This document shows, piece after piece, positions 48,644-58,789 of a DNA stretch of 64,000 bases (its first letter is position 1; every line of letters begins with the position of its first letter). The notes under the pieces were generated by a model that saw nothing but the letters and a program-made list of their open reading frames with translations, did not search any database and was not told where the DNA came from. A program made the position numbers and the translations under genes. The DNA comes from Candidatus Spyradenecus sp. Lineage in GTDB: Bacteria; Verrucomicrobiota; Verrucomicrobiia; Opitutales; UBA953. The stretch is from contig JAZSKX010000014.1 in NCBI GenBank assembly GCA_045535075.1, positions 64,001 to 128,000 on the forward strand, written 5' to 3'.

Positions 48644-50446
48644 ATGCCGGATATTTCGCTCATTCGTAATTTTTGCATTATCGCGCACGTTGACCACGGG
48701 AAGACGACGCTTTCCGACCGTTTGCTCGAACAGACACAGACGGTTGAGTTGCGCCAGATGAAAAACCAGCTGCTCGACGCGATGGACTTGGAACGCGAGA
48801 AGGGCATCACGATTAAGAGCCATCCGGTTTCGATGAATTACACCGCGAAAGACGGGAAAACATACCTGCTTAACCTGATTGATACGCCCGGCCACGTCGA
48901 TTTTTCCTACGAAGTTTCCCGCTCGCTCGCGTCTTGCGAGGGGGCGTGTTTGCTCATCGACGCGTCGCAGGGCGTGGAAGCGCAGACGGTTGCCAATGCG
49001 ACGCTCGCCATGCAGCAGAATCTCGAAATCATTCCGGTGATTAACAAAGTCGATTTGCCGAGCGCGCAGCCCGATCACGCCAAAAAACAGGTGGAAGACG
49101 TTTTAGCGATTCCCGCCGACGATGCGGTTTTGGCATCGGGAAAATCCGGAATCGGAATTACCGAAATTCTCGAAGCTGTCGTTACGCGCGTTCCCGCGCC
49201 GCGCTGGTCGGATTATCCGTCGCCGCGGGCTTTGATTTTCGACTCTAAATTCGATACTTACAAGGGCGTGATTTCCTACGTTCGCGTGTTTTCGGGAACA
49301 TTTAAGGCGGGTGATACCATTTCGCTGATGGCGACGGGTGCAAAAAGTCAGATCAAGGAAGTCGGCATTTTTTCTCCGAAAATGAAGCAGGCGGATGCTC
49401 TTGAACCCGGCATGGTCGGCTACATCGTTACGAATATTCGCGATGTTTCGGAGGTAAAAATCGGCGATACGATGACACATGCAAACGTTCCCGCGAAAGA
49501 TCCGGTTCCGGGATTTAAAGAAGTGCGCCCGATGGTTTTCAGCGGTATTTATCCCTTGGATACAACGGATTACGAAAAACTCAAGGCCGGAATCGCCAAG
49601 CTCGCGATTAATGACGCGGCGCTGACCTACGTCGCCGAAAGTTCCGTCGCACTCGGATTCGGTTTCCGTTGCGGATTCCTCGGCTTGCTTCACATGGAAA
49701 TCATTCAGGAACGCCTGCGCCGCGAGTATGATTTAGACATTCTTTCAACGTATCCGAGTGTTATTTACAAAGTCTATTCCAACGGAGGAAAACTCACTCA
49801 CGTTGATAACCCGACGCTCATGCCGGATGCGGCGGAAATCGAACGCATGGAAGAACCGACGATTCGTGCGCACATTCATATCCCGGGAACGAGCATCGGC
49901 GATATGCTGACGCTCATTCAGGAAAAGCGCGGAATTTGCGATCACATCGATACGATTGACGAACAGCGCGTCATGCTCTCCTGTGTGCTCCCGCTCAATG
50001 AAATTCTCGTCGATTTTAACGACCGCATGAAATCCATTACGCGCGGCTACGGCTCGATGGATTACGAACTCGGCGATTACGTCGAAAGCAAACTCGTCAA
50101 ACTTGATATCCTCGTCAACGGCGAACCGGTTGATGCGTTTTCGAGTATTGTTCACGAATCGAAGGCGGAATCCAACGGACGCAAACTCTGCGAACGCCTC
50201 AAGGACTTGCTCCCGCGCCAGCTTTTCAAAGTCGCCATTCAGGCCGCCGTCGGCGGGAAAATTATTGCCCGGGAAACACTCGGGTCGGTCGGGAAAGACG
50301 TTTTGGCAAAATGTTACGGCGGTGATATTACGCGCAAACGTAAACTTCTCGATAAACAAAAAGAAGGTAAAAAACGCATGAAGCAAATCGGCAAAGTGTC
50401 GATCCCGCAAGATGCGTTTATTAAAATTCTGAAAAACGAAGGCTAA
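48644..50446 (+). CDS. lepA: Translation elongation factor 4
   Basis: IRNFCIIAHVDHGKTTL, DTPGHVDF, GFRCGFLGLLH, KCYGGDITRKRKLL. Confidence 0.98.
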   Translation: MPDISLIRNFCIIAHVDHGKTTLSDRLLEQTQTVELRQMKNQLLDAMDLEREKGITIKSHPVSMNYTAKDGKTYLLNLIDTPGHVDFSYEVSRSLASCEGACLLIDASQGVEAQTVANATLAMQQNLEIIPVINKVDLPSAQPDHAKKQVEDVLAIPADDAVLASGKSGIGITEILEAVVTRVPAPRWSDYPSPRALIFDSKFDTYKGVISYVRVFSGTFKAGDTISLMATGAKSQIKEVGIFSPKMKQADALEPGMVGYIVTNIRDVSEVKIGDTMTHANVPAKDPVPGFKEVRPMVFSGIYPLDTTDYEKLKAGIAKLAINDAALTYVAESSVALGFGFRCGFLGLLHMEIIQERLRREYDLDILSTYPSVIYKVYSNGGKLTHVDNPTLMPDAAEIERMEEPTIRAHIHIPGTSIGDMLTLIQEKRGICDHIDTIDEQRVMLSCVLPLNEILVDFNDRMKSITRGYGSMDYELGDYVESKLVKLDILVNGEPVDAFSSIVHESKAESNGRKLCERLKDLLPRQLFKVAIQAAVGGKIIARETLGSVGKDVLAKCYGGDITRKRKLLDKQKEGKKRMKQIGKVSIPQDAFIKILKNEG

Positions 50447-50530
50447 CGCAATCGCGGTAACGCCCCACGGAAATTTCCTGTTGCACGGATTCTGCCGGCG
50501 CGATAGGATACGACGGCAACAAGGTTACTT

Positions 50531-52105
50531 ATGGCAATGCACATCGACGATCAATTCTATAAACACTCTGACGACTTTTTCGCCGCGAACGCGGGAACGG
50601 GACTGACTTACGACGACGTCTCGCTCGCGACATGCTTCTCTGACGTGCTCCCGCGCATGACGCGCCTCGACACGACAATTTCCGACAAAATTTCGCTCTC
50701 GCTTCCGATTATGTCCGCCGACATGGACACCGTTACGGAATCGACGATGGCAATCGCCATGGCTCTTCACGGCGGGATCGGCATGATTCACTACAACATG
50801 TCGAACGCCGACCAAATTGAAAAAGTCCGCCGCGTCAAAAGCTACATTCACGGCATGATTGATCGCCCGGCGACCGTTCCCGCAGACATCACCGTCGGCG
50901 ACGTGCTCGCGATGATTGAAGCGAACGATTACAATTTTTCCACGTTCCCGGTGGTCGATAAAAACGGCGTTTTGCTCGGCTTGCTCCGCGGCGGCGTCGT
51001 CAAAAGCCGCCACGCCGCGCACAAAGTTGCCGACGTGATGATCCCGCGCGAACAGGTTTTGACGATTCAGGAAAAAGATCTCGGCGGCGACCCGATTGCG
51101 ACTGCCGACCGCATTTTCCTTGAACACATCGGCACGAACAAACTTCTCGTCGTCAACGAAAAAGGTCAGCTTCGCGGTTTGTTCACGCTTTCGGACATTG
51201 AGCGCATTCGCGACGAAGCGGGAACGGATGCGATTCGCCCGTCGCGCGACGAAAATTTCCGCCTGCGTTGCGGAGCCTCCGTTGCCGTGCCGCGCTTTCC
51301 GGACGGACGCGTGAATTACGACGCGCTCAACGAACACGTTTCCAATCTCGTCGCCGTCGGCGTTGACGCGGTTATCATTTCCACGGCGCACGGTCATTCG
51401 GCGGGCGTCGGCGAATGCGTGCGTTTTGTGCGCGACCATTTTCCGGAACTGACGATTATTGCCGGGAACGTGACGAGCGGCGAAGGCGTGGAGTTTTTGG
51501 CGGACGCTGGAGCGGATTCCGTTAAAATCGGGCAGGGTCCGGGTTCGATTTGCTCAACGCGCATCGTTGCCGGCGTCGGGATCCCGCAGCTTACGGCACT
51601 TTACGTTTCCGCGCAGGCGGCAAAGAAAAAAGGCGTGCGCATTATCGCGGACGGCGGCATCACGAAGTCCGGAGACATTGTGAAAGCTTTGACGCAGGCG
51701 GATTGCGTGATGCTCGGCGGCATGCTTGCGGGTTGCAAGGAAGCGCCGGGGAAGATCATGGAAATCAACGGCAAACTTTACAAAGAATACCGCGGCATGG
51801 GCTCGCTTGAAGCGATGCGCCACGGCTCGGCGGCACGCTACGGGCACGACCTGCGCAACAGCAAAATCACGAAGGTTGCTGCAGAAGGCGTGGAAGCGCT
51901 CAAGGAAGTTTCCGGAAGCGTGGATCAGATTCTGATTACGCTCGCGGGCGGCGTCCAAAGCGGTTTGGGCTATCTCGGCGCTCCGGATTTGAAAACCCTG
52001 CGGGAACGCGCGCGCTTCATTCGCGTTACGCCGGCGGGACAACGTGAATCTGCGCCGCACGACATCGTCGAAATCAAAACCGCACCGGGAACACCGCGCC
52101 GGTAA
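50531..52105 (+). CDS. guaB: IMP dehydrogenase (with CBS pair)
   Basis: [38 protein letters not shown]. Confidence 0.97.
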   Translation: MAMHIDDQFYKHSDDFFAANAGTGLTYDDVSLATCFSDVLPRMTRLDTTISDKISLSLPIMSADMDTVTESTMAIAMALHGGIGMIHYNMSNADQIEKVRRVKSYIHGMIDRPATVPADITVGDVLAMIEANDYNFSTFPVVDKNGVLLGLLRGGVVKSRHAAHKVADVMIPREQVLTIQEKDLGGDPIATADRIFLEHIGTNKLLVVNEKGQLRGLFTLSDIERIRDEAGTDAIRPSRDENFRLRCGASVAVPRFPDGRVNYDALNEHVSNLVAVGVDAVIISTAHGHSAGVGECVRFVRDHFPELTIIAGNVTSGEGVEFLADAGADSVKIGQGPGSICSTRIVAGVGIPQLTALYVSAQAAKKKGVRIIADGGITKSGDIVKALTQADCVMLGGMLAGCKEAPGKIMEINGKLYKEYRGMGSLEAMRHGSAARYGHDLRNSKITKVAAEGVEALKEVSGSVDQILITLAGGVQSGLGYLGAPDLKTLRERARFIRVTPAGQRESAPHDIVEIKTAPGTPRR

Positions 52106-52120
52106 GCTTAAAATTAGGCT

Positions 52121-52172
52121 AATAAAAATCCCGAATTCCGTACGAATGATGGCGGAATTCGGGATTTTTATT
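52121..52172. terminator. Bidirectional terminator
   Basis: AATAAAAATCCCGAATTCCG...CGGAATTCGGGATTTTTATT perfect stem between convergent genes. Confidence 0.85.
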
Positions 52173-52195
52173 AGTCTGAGCTCGCGGGAACGGCC

Positions 52196-53839
52196 TTAAT
52201 TCCTGCGCCAGACGATGATAAAGAAAAGCCATGTCGTAAGCATCGCGGCGATGACGAATCCGGTGATTCCCAAGTGCTTGGCGAAACCGAGTCCGTCTCC
52301 GATACTCGCGGCGCAAACTAAAAGCGAGCTGGCGACCAAGAGCGCCGAAATAATCATCGCGAGCGCGATTCGGTTCGCAGAGCGATCCAGCGTCAGGCGT
52401 GTTGCGTTCAAGCCTTCGTGGTCAATATTCATACGCAAATCGCCGCTTTCGAGCTTCCAGAAAATGCGTTGGACAGACTCCGGAATTTCTTTGATATAGG
52501 CGAGTTGTCGTTCCGCCTGCCAATAGAAATCGCGTCCGAGGGTTACGGGATTTCGGCGTTGGGCGTAGAGATTTTTCAGGGCAACTGTCGCAAATGCCGT
52601 GAGGTCGAAATCCGGATTGAGCGCGCGTCCGGATTCTTCCATAACGGTAACGGACTTTGCGAGCAGCGCGTAATCGCGCGGGAGCGGCAATTGGTTTTGA
52701 GCGAACACGCGTAGCATGTCGAAAATAATCCGCCCGACGGCGCCTGCGTCTGTTTCGAAATTTGCGTGTTTGCGGAGGACTATCGCGATTTCAGTTTCTA
52801 ATTTCGCTTTGTTGATATGTTCCCGCGGCGGATTAATACAAAGGGCGATTTGGAGAACTTTTTCCGGATTAAGCTCTGCGACGGCGGCAAAAATATCTGC
52901 CAGGAAATAGCGCATTTTTCGCGAAAGCGTTCCCGCGCATCCCCAGTCGAGGAAGCAAAGTCGAGCGTCTTTTGTTATCAGGATATTTCCCGGATGCGGA
53001 TCTGCGTGAAAAAATCCGAAAGAGAAAATCTGGCGGAAAACGGATTCTCCGCCGGCGATGCTGAGTTCCCGTGCGACCGCTTTCGGAATGTGCTTGTCGC
53101 CGGGTGTCATGCCGTCAACCCATTCCGTCACCAAGAGCCGGGCAGAGGAAAGTTGCGGATAAACGCGCGGAGCAAAAATGCGCGGATCGTCATTAATTTT
53201 CTCGAAGTGCTGAGCATTCTTGGCTTCAAAGGTGAAATCGATTTCCCGCAAGACGCCGTCGCGGATTTCGTTGAGAATTCCCGCGAAATCGTAGGCTGCG
53301 AGCTCGGGGATATTTTCCGTCGCCTGATTGACAATCCACTCCAAAATTTCGAAATCCGCCTTCATGGCCTTTCCCGCGCCGGGGCGACGAACCTTTACCG
53401 CGACGCATTCGCCGGTTTTGAGAACGGCTTTGTAAACCTGACCGACGGAGCCGCAGGCGAACGGCTCCCGATTAAAACTTTCAAAATTACTTTCGATCCC
53501 GCCTTTGAGTTCTCCCGCAATCACGGGCTCAACGGCTTCCCAATTGACCGGCGCGACGTGATCCCGCAACTTTTTAAACTCCTCCAAAAGCGGCGGCGGC
53601 AAAATATCTTCGCGTGTGCTGACGATTTGGGCGAATTTTACAAAAGTGGGACCCAATTCTTCGCAGGTAACGCGAATGCGTTGCCACAGTGAAAGGTCGG
53701 ACGACTCCGGAAGAATTTTATTCAGCAAAAAGCCGTGCGGACGCAATTTCCCCGCAAGCTCGGCAAAACCGTTGCGAAGCAGGACAAGCGCGATTTCCTT
53801 TGCGCGTATGCTGTTGCGCAGAAAAGAAATTGTGCGCAT
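52196..53839 (-). CDS. AarF/UbiB (ABC1) family kinase with two C-terminal TM helices
   Basis: ELGPTFVKFAQ, GSVGQVYKA, VAVKVRRP, FFHADPHPGN, LDWG. Confidence 0.92.
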   Translation of the reverse strand: MRTISFLRNSIRAKEIALVLLRNGFAELAGKLRPHGFLLNKILPESSDLSLWQRIRVTCEELGPTFVKFAQIVSTREDILPPPLLEEFKKLRDHVAPVNWEAVEPVIAGELKGGIESNFESFNREPFACGSVGQVYKAVLKTGECVAVKVRRPGAGKAMKADFEILEWIVNQATENIPELAAYDFAGILNEIRDGVLREIDFTFEAKNAQHFEKINDDPRIFAPRVYPQLSSARLLVTEWVDGMTPGDKHIPKAVARELSIAGGESVFRQIFSFGFFHADPHPGNILITKDARLCFLDWGCAGTLSRKMRYFLADIFAAVAELNPEKVLQIALCINPPREHINKAKLETEIAIVLRKHANFETDAGAVGRIIFDMLRVFAQNQLPLPRDYALLAKSVTVMEESGRALNPDFDLTAFATVALKNLYAQRRNPVTLGRDFYWQAERQLAYIKEIPESVQRIFWKLESGDLRMNIDHEGLNATRLTLDRSANRIALAMIISALLVASSLLVCAASIGDGLGFAKHLGITGFVIAAMLTTWLFFIIVWRRN

Positions 53840-53935
53840 CGGGGACGAATGACTGACCGGTCGGGAGGGCACGGATTCCGAAAATTAAAAATCGGCGTTC
53901 CCGCCAAGGACTTGACGGGAACGCAAAAAACAAAA

Positions 53936-54310
53936 CTAGTCAACGACTTCGGCGTCGCTTGCGGGAACGGCTTCTTCCGCCTTTTCCTTATCGCAACAGC
54001 AATCGCATTCCGTCGCGATTCCGAGTTTTTCTTCAATCGCCTTGAGGCGCTTGTTGATTTTGCAAACTTGTTCCCGCGTGGCAAACGGCCACTTTTTCCC
54101 GAGTTCTTCGGTCTTTTCCGAGAAATCGCAACGCGCCTTTTCCCAATTTTCTTCTCCGATTTTTGCCGCTTTAGAGAAAAATTCCTTAGCGTCGTTTTGG
54201 GAAATTTTCCCTTTCGCCACCCAGTCGTTGAGGACTTTTTCGATGGCTTCCTTCGAAAGCGTTGCTGCTCCGAGCCCGGCGTAGAGTGTTTTCTTCAGTG
54301 TTTCAAACAT
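53936..54310 (-). CDS. Phasin-like protein
   Basis: LKKTLYAGLGA...KGKIS..DAK; sits directly upstream of the ABC1 kinase, a common pairing. Confidence 0.75.
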   Translation of the reverse strand: MFETLKKTLYAGLGAATLSKEAIEKVLNDWVAKGKISQNDAKEFFSKAAKIGEENWEKARCDFSEKTEELGKKWPFATREQVCKINKRLKAIEEKLGIATECDCCCDKEKAEEAVPASDAEVVD

Positions 54311-54361
54311 GTTTTTCCTTTCCTTGTCTTGGTTAAATTTTACTAAAAGCGTCGCGTGTTA

Positions 54362-55150
54362 TTATTTTTTGTTTACGTCCTGGCGTTCGATTTCCGTCGC
54401 GACGGTGTCCGGAGTTCCCAGTGTAAAAAGCAATCCGCTGAGCCCGCTGACAACGATGCGTTCCGAGTCGCGAACGACATCATTGGATTTTGCCGCGTCT
54501 GCCCAATCTCCCGAAGGCGGCGGAATTTTCACGCCGATGAAGTTTTTTTCGTTGATAATTTTGGAGCTTCCCGAGGCGATAGAGCCGCTGTAGCGATAAT
54601 CCTTTCGGTCCCGCAGGTAATAGATGTTGAAAAGCTTGTAAAATTCTTCGATTTCGGCGGCATCGGGAAGCCGGAATTCAATCGTCTTGGCGTGTGTCGA
54701 GTGCGGGTAGGTTTTGACGACGAGATATTCCGCGATGTCGGCGGCATTGGATTTTGTCGCTTTGTTAATCGTTGTTTTAAGGCGCGCCTTGGCGTTCCCG
54801 TATTGCGGAATTTTTTGAGCGATGCGAATCGGGTCGAATTCTTCCATGGCGTAGATGCGGATTTGCCCGGGCGTTCCTTCGAAATCAATGGTCATTTCCG
54901 TGACATATTGCGGCGGCGTGCTGACGCGGGAACTCTCCGTCGCTTGCGCGGAAATATATTTTTGCAAAGAAACATGCACTACTTTTCGGGCGTCTCGGCA
55001 GTAAAAGCTTTGGTAAGGCTCCTTAATTTCAATGCCGAATGCATTTTGCGGCAACTTGGGGGTAGAGACCGTTACGCCTTGGGCGGCAAGCGGTAAGAGC
55101 GTTCCCGCGAAGACGAGAAGCGGGAGATCGGGGCGTCGCAAGTTTCTCAT
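54362..55150 (-). CDS. Hypothetical exported protein
   Basis: 262-aa ORF with a signal-like N-terminus; VVKTYPHSTHAKTIEFRL segment. Confidence 0.65.
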   Translation of the reverse strand: MRNLRRPDLPLLVFAGTLLPLAAQGVTVSTPKLPQNAFGIEIKEPYQSFYCRDARKVVHVSLQKYISAQATESSRVSTPPQYVTEMTIDFEGTPGQIRIYAMEEFDPIRIAQKIPQYGNAKARLKTTINKATKSNAADIAEYLVVKTYPHSTHAKTIEFRLPDAAEIEEFYKLFNIYYLRDRKDYRYSGSIASGSSKIINEKNFIGVKIPPPSGDWADAAKSNDVVRDSERIVVSGLSGLLFTLGTPDTVATEIERQDVNKK

Positions 55151-55258
55151 ACGCGGGCGATTTTGTTGGAAAGTTTTTCCGAGTGCAATTATGAATTTTC
55201 CGCTCGCCGGGAAAGTCTCCCGTTGCGTTGAAATCGCGTCTTGTCTAATCTCCCGAGA

Positions 55259-57268
55259 ATGCGCTTTTCCCCACGAAATTTAATTTTTCCGTTTTTTTGC
55301 TTTCTTGCTGTCGGCTTAAGTGCGCAGGAGGAAGACGGCGAGCCGAACGCAGAGCAGGGCGCAACGGAATTTGTTTCCAAATGCGCAAAGGCGGAACGTA
55401 TCATTCGCGGGCGTAAGGAAAGCGAAATCGCCGAGCGTCTCAACGAAGTGGTCCCGACGCCGGAAAATCCTTTTCCTGCAGGCATCACGCCGGAACGGCC
55501 GGCAAAGCACAAAATGATTGTTCCGCGTATTTCGGAAACCGAGAAGCGCCGCATTGACAAGGAAGCCGCCGCCAAGCGCCGCAAAGAACTTCAGGAAGAG
55601 AAAAAACGCCTTGCCGAGGAACGCCGAGCCGAGCGTCAGGCGCGTTCGTGGATGCTTTTTGACGAGCGCGAAAAAGAAGATGCCAAGCGCCGCGCCGAGC
55701 AAAAAAAACTCAAGGAAGAAGCGGAAGAAAAGAATCAGCTTCAGGAAGATTTCGAGCAGTTTAAATCGCTTCCCGCAGAGGAAGTCTTTAAGCACGCGGC
55801 AGCAAAAATTTTTCCTGGCGATGTCCCCGAAACGATTCAGCGCGTAAACAAAGCTTTTAAAACCGACAACGAAATCCGCGAATGGCAGTTTACCGGGCTT
55901 TATGCGCCGCCCGGCGAAATTATTCGCGTACACGTCTCGACGGCGGGAATCAACAGCGGCTACCGCATTCGCATCGGAACGCACGAAGACGATCTTCTCG
56001 AAGGACGAAAAAAAGATTATTGGCATCGCTTCCCGACGATTGTTCGGGAATTCGGCATAAATAATTCCACCGTCGAGATCGCCAATCCGTTCGGCGGAAT
56101 GATTTACGTGAAAACGCCGCCGCCGCCCGCCCGCAGCAAAGTTTCTTCGTCTTCGCAACGCCGCGTCCCGCGCTACGCCCGCTTCCAATTCATCGGCGTC
56201 GTCGAAGCTCCGAATTTTGAACTCGGCGAAACCAAGCCGGCGGAATGGATGCACCTGCGTAACGCTCCCGCACCGTGGGCGCAACTCGCGGGAAAGTATT
56301 TTATCGCGACCGTGCCGTCCGAGGCCGTACGCAAAATCGACAAACCGCAGGAAATCGTCGAGTTTTGGGATAAAATCCTCGAAGGATTGGACAAGCTTTC
56401 CGGACGTGAAGAACGCGCAAAAAACGCGCCGCGGGAATGCATCGTCTTTGACGCGGATTCGACCGGATTTGCGGGGCATGACGGCGACACCGTCGTTTTC
56501 CCCGTCGAACTCGTAAATACGTTTCTTGATTTGGATTATATCCGAAAAAACGGTTCGTGGGGGCTGTTTTTCTACCTCGCAAAAAATCGCGTGCGCCGCG
56601 AATGGACGCTCAACGGGAACGCCGATGCGCCCGCCGCTCTGCTCGCGCTCTACTGCATGGAGCGGGCAACGGAACGAAAAGCACACACGTTTTTTGACGC
56701 GAAGGCGCTTCATTCGTTTGCGTTAACTCATCCCGCCGACGCGGGAACGCCGGAAATCATCGGATCGTATCTTCCGCTGCTCGAAGCATTCGGCTGGGAA
56801 CCGCTTTTCAAAGCGTTTGACGTTTACAACAATAAAAAACCGCCGCTAAGCGCCACCGAACTCGACAAAGCGGAAAGTTTCGTTACCGTCTGGTCGCGTG
56901 CCGCAAAAAGCAATTTCGGACCGTATTTTGAAAATTTCGGAATCGAATATTCGCCGAAACTTAAAATGCGCCTCGAAAAGCTTCGGAAGTTCGCTCCGAA
57001 GCAGTTCCCGCCGCCCATCGGCTTGGAAAAACCGAGCGAGGATTGCTTCCTCGGCGACGCTCCGCTCGGAAGTATTTCCATTTTCTTTAGCGATTATTTC
57101 CCGCCGGAAGGCGATGAAGAAACTTTCATCAATCTTGAGGACACGGAAGAAACAAACGAGGCCGACGAAGAACCCGAATCTGAAGAAGAGGTTCTCGAAG
57201 AAGATGCCGCCGATACGGATGCCGGCGGGCCCGCATCGGAAGTTTTCGGAGAAAAAATTCGCGTATGA
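55259..57268 (+). CDS. M60/enhancin-like protein lacking HExxH
   Basis: WQFTGLYAPPGE, IANPFGGMIYV, APAPWAQL, FWDKIL, GSWG are typical of M60; acidic C-terminal tail. Confidence 0.75.
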   Translation: MRFSPRNLIFPFFCFLAVGLSAQEEDGEPNAEQGATEFVSKCAKAERIIRGRKESEIAERLNEVVPTPENPFPAGITPERPAKHKMIVPRISETEKRRIDKEAAAKRRKELQEEKKRLAEERRAERQARSWMLFDEREKEDAKRRAEQKKLKEEAEEKNQLQEDFEQFKSLPAEEVFKHAAAKIFPGDVPETIQRVNKAFKTDNEIREWQFTGLYAPPGEIIRVHVSTAGINSGYRIRIGTHEDDLLEGRKKDYWHRFPTIVREFGINNSTVEIANPFGGMIYVKTPPPPARSKVSSSSQRRVPRYARFQFIGVVEAPNFELGETKPAEWMHLRNAPAPWAQLAGKYFIATVPSEAVRKIDKPQEIVEFWDKILEGLDKLSGREERAKNAPRECIVFDADSTGFAGHDGDTVVFPVELVNTFLDLDYIRKNGSWGLFFYLAKNRVRREWTLNGNADAPAALLALYCMERATERKAHTFFDAKALHSFALTHPADAGTPEIIGSYLPLLEAFGWEPLFKAFDVYNNKKPPLSATELDKAESFVTVWSRAAKSNFGPYFENFGIEYSPKLKMRLEKLRKFAPKQFPPPIGLEKPSEDCFLGDAPLGSISIFFSDYFPPEGDEETFINLEDTEETNEADEEPESEEEVLEEDAADTDAGGPASEVFGEKIRV

Positions 57269-58020
57269 ACCGGCAAAATCCCGAACATAAAAACGCGTGC
57301 GCCGTCTTTCTCGCCGGCGGCTCCGGAAGCCGGATGCGCGGCGCGGTCGACGATAAAATTTTTGCGCAGTTGGCGGGAACGCCCGTTATCGCGCACGTCA
57401 TTCGCCGATTTCTCGCGTGCGGCATTACGGAAACTGCCGTTTTTGTCTGTCGGGACGATGCGCAGGAAGCCGATTTGCGCCGCGTGCTTGCGGGATTTCC
57501 CGCTTCGGAGCTTTTCCCGAAAATTGTGTTTTGCCGCGGAGGCAAAGAACGTCGCGACTCCGTTTTAAACGGTTTGCGGGCTGCGCAACTCGCGGGAACG
57601 GCGCCGGATGCGATTACGCTGATTCACGATGCCGCGCGACCGCTCGTTTCGCCGGACGCGTTGCGCGAAGTTTACGCTGTCGCGTTGCGCGAAGGCGCGT
57701 CCGTGCTTGCGCATCGTTGCGTGAACACGATTAAACGCGTGCCTGCGGGAACGGCGCCGGGAAAAGCCTGCATGGCGGAAGATTTGGACCGCGGGCGACT
57801 TTGGGAAATGGAGACGCCGCAGGCGTTCCCGTTGGAGAAAATCCTTGCTGCCTACGAGCGCGTAACGCGTGAAAATCTCACGATCACCGATGATGTTTCG
57901 GCGTTCGTCGCTGCATTCGGCGGAACCGTCGCGCTTGTCGAAAATCTGTCGCCGAATCTTAAAATCACCGCTCCCGCGGATATTTTTATCGCCGAAGCGA
58001 TTTTGAATGCGGAAAAATAA
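57265..58020 (+). CDS. ispD: 2-C-methyl-D-erythritol 4-phosphate cytidylyltransferase
   Basis: LAGGSGSRM, GGKERRDSV, IHDAARP, ETPQAF, TDD, NLKIT. Confidence 0.93.
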   Translation: MNRQNPEHKNACAVFLAGGSGSRMRGAVDDKIFAQLAGTPVIAHVIRRFLACGITETAVFVCRDDAQEADLRRVLAGFPASELFPKIVFCRGGKERRDSVLNGLRAAQLAGTAPDAITLIHDAARPLVSPDALREVYAVALREGASVLAHRCVNTIKRVPAGTAPGKACMAEDLDRGRLWEMETPQAFPLEKILAAYERVTRENLTITDDVSAFVAAFGGTVALVENLSPNLKITAPADIFIAEAILNAEK

Positions 58021-58028
58021 TTTTACCG

Positions 58029-58610
58029 ATGGGAAAAATTAATCTTGTTGCCCAAGCTCATGCATTTGCGCGGGAACGCTTGCACGGCGACGGCTTGCGC
58101 GCAGTCGACGCAACGGCGGGAAACGGGAATGACACGCTTTTTCTCGCGCAAATTACGGGAAAGGATGCACGCATCGCCGCGTTTGACGTACAAGCGGAAG
58201 CAATTAGCGCAACGCGTTCCCGCCTCGAAAAAAACACCTGCAGCGACAAAGTCGAATTGTTTCTTTGCGGACATGAAAAAATGGCGGAAATCCTCGGCGG
58301 AAGTTGGCGCGGAAAGACAAATGCCGTTTTCTTCAATCTCGGCTATCTCCCGAAAAGCGATCACGCCGTAACCACTTCCGCCGAAACGACGCTTCCCGCG
58401 CTTGATGCCGCATGGGAATTGCTCGCGCCCGGAGGATTTATTTCGCTGACGGTTTACACGCGCCATGCCGGCGGATTTGATGAGTCCGGGCGCGTCGCGG
58501 CATGGCTCGAAAAGATGCGTTCCCGCGCCGAAATCGTTACCTGCGGCGAGCACAATCCCGTTGAACCTTGGTGGGCGGGAATCGTGAAAAAATCCGAATT
58601 GCGCACGTAA
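58029..58610 (+). CDS. Class I SAM-dependent methyltransferase (YtqB/rRNA-methylase-like)
   Basis: VDATAGNGNDTLFLA, AFDVQ, FNLGYLP..DH, YTRHAGG..E. Confidence 0.9.
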   Translation: MGKINLVAQAHAFARERLHGDGLRAVDATAGNGNDTLFLAQITGKDARIAAFDVQAEAISATRSRLEKNTCSDKVELFLCGHEKMAEILGGSWRGKTNAVFFNLGYLPKSDHAVTTSAETTLPALDAAWELLAPGGFISLTVYTRHAGGFDESGRVAAWLEKMRSRAEIVTCGEHNPVEPWWAGIVKKSELRT

Positions 58611-58716
58611 AAATACTCGACGTCGTGTTTTTAATCGGATTTCCTATTGCGAAACTATTTTATTCATTTGCGGTGTTAGAGGTTAGTGTCCCGCAAAATC
58701 AAACTGCTTATTACCC

Positions 58717-58742
58717 GGGAGCCGAAAGGCTCCCTTTTTTTT
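58717..58742 (+). terminator. Intrinsic terminator
   Basis: GGGAGCC-GAAA-GGCTCCC followed by T8. Confidence 0.85.
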
Positions 58743-58789
58743 GTTTGTCCGAATTCCGGGCGTGGGTTCGCGTCGGCGCTCGGCGCGTT

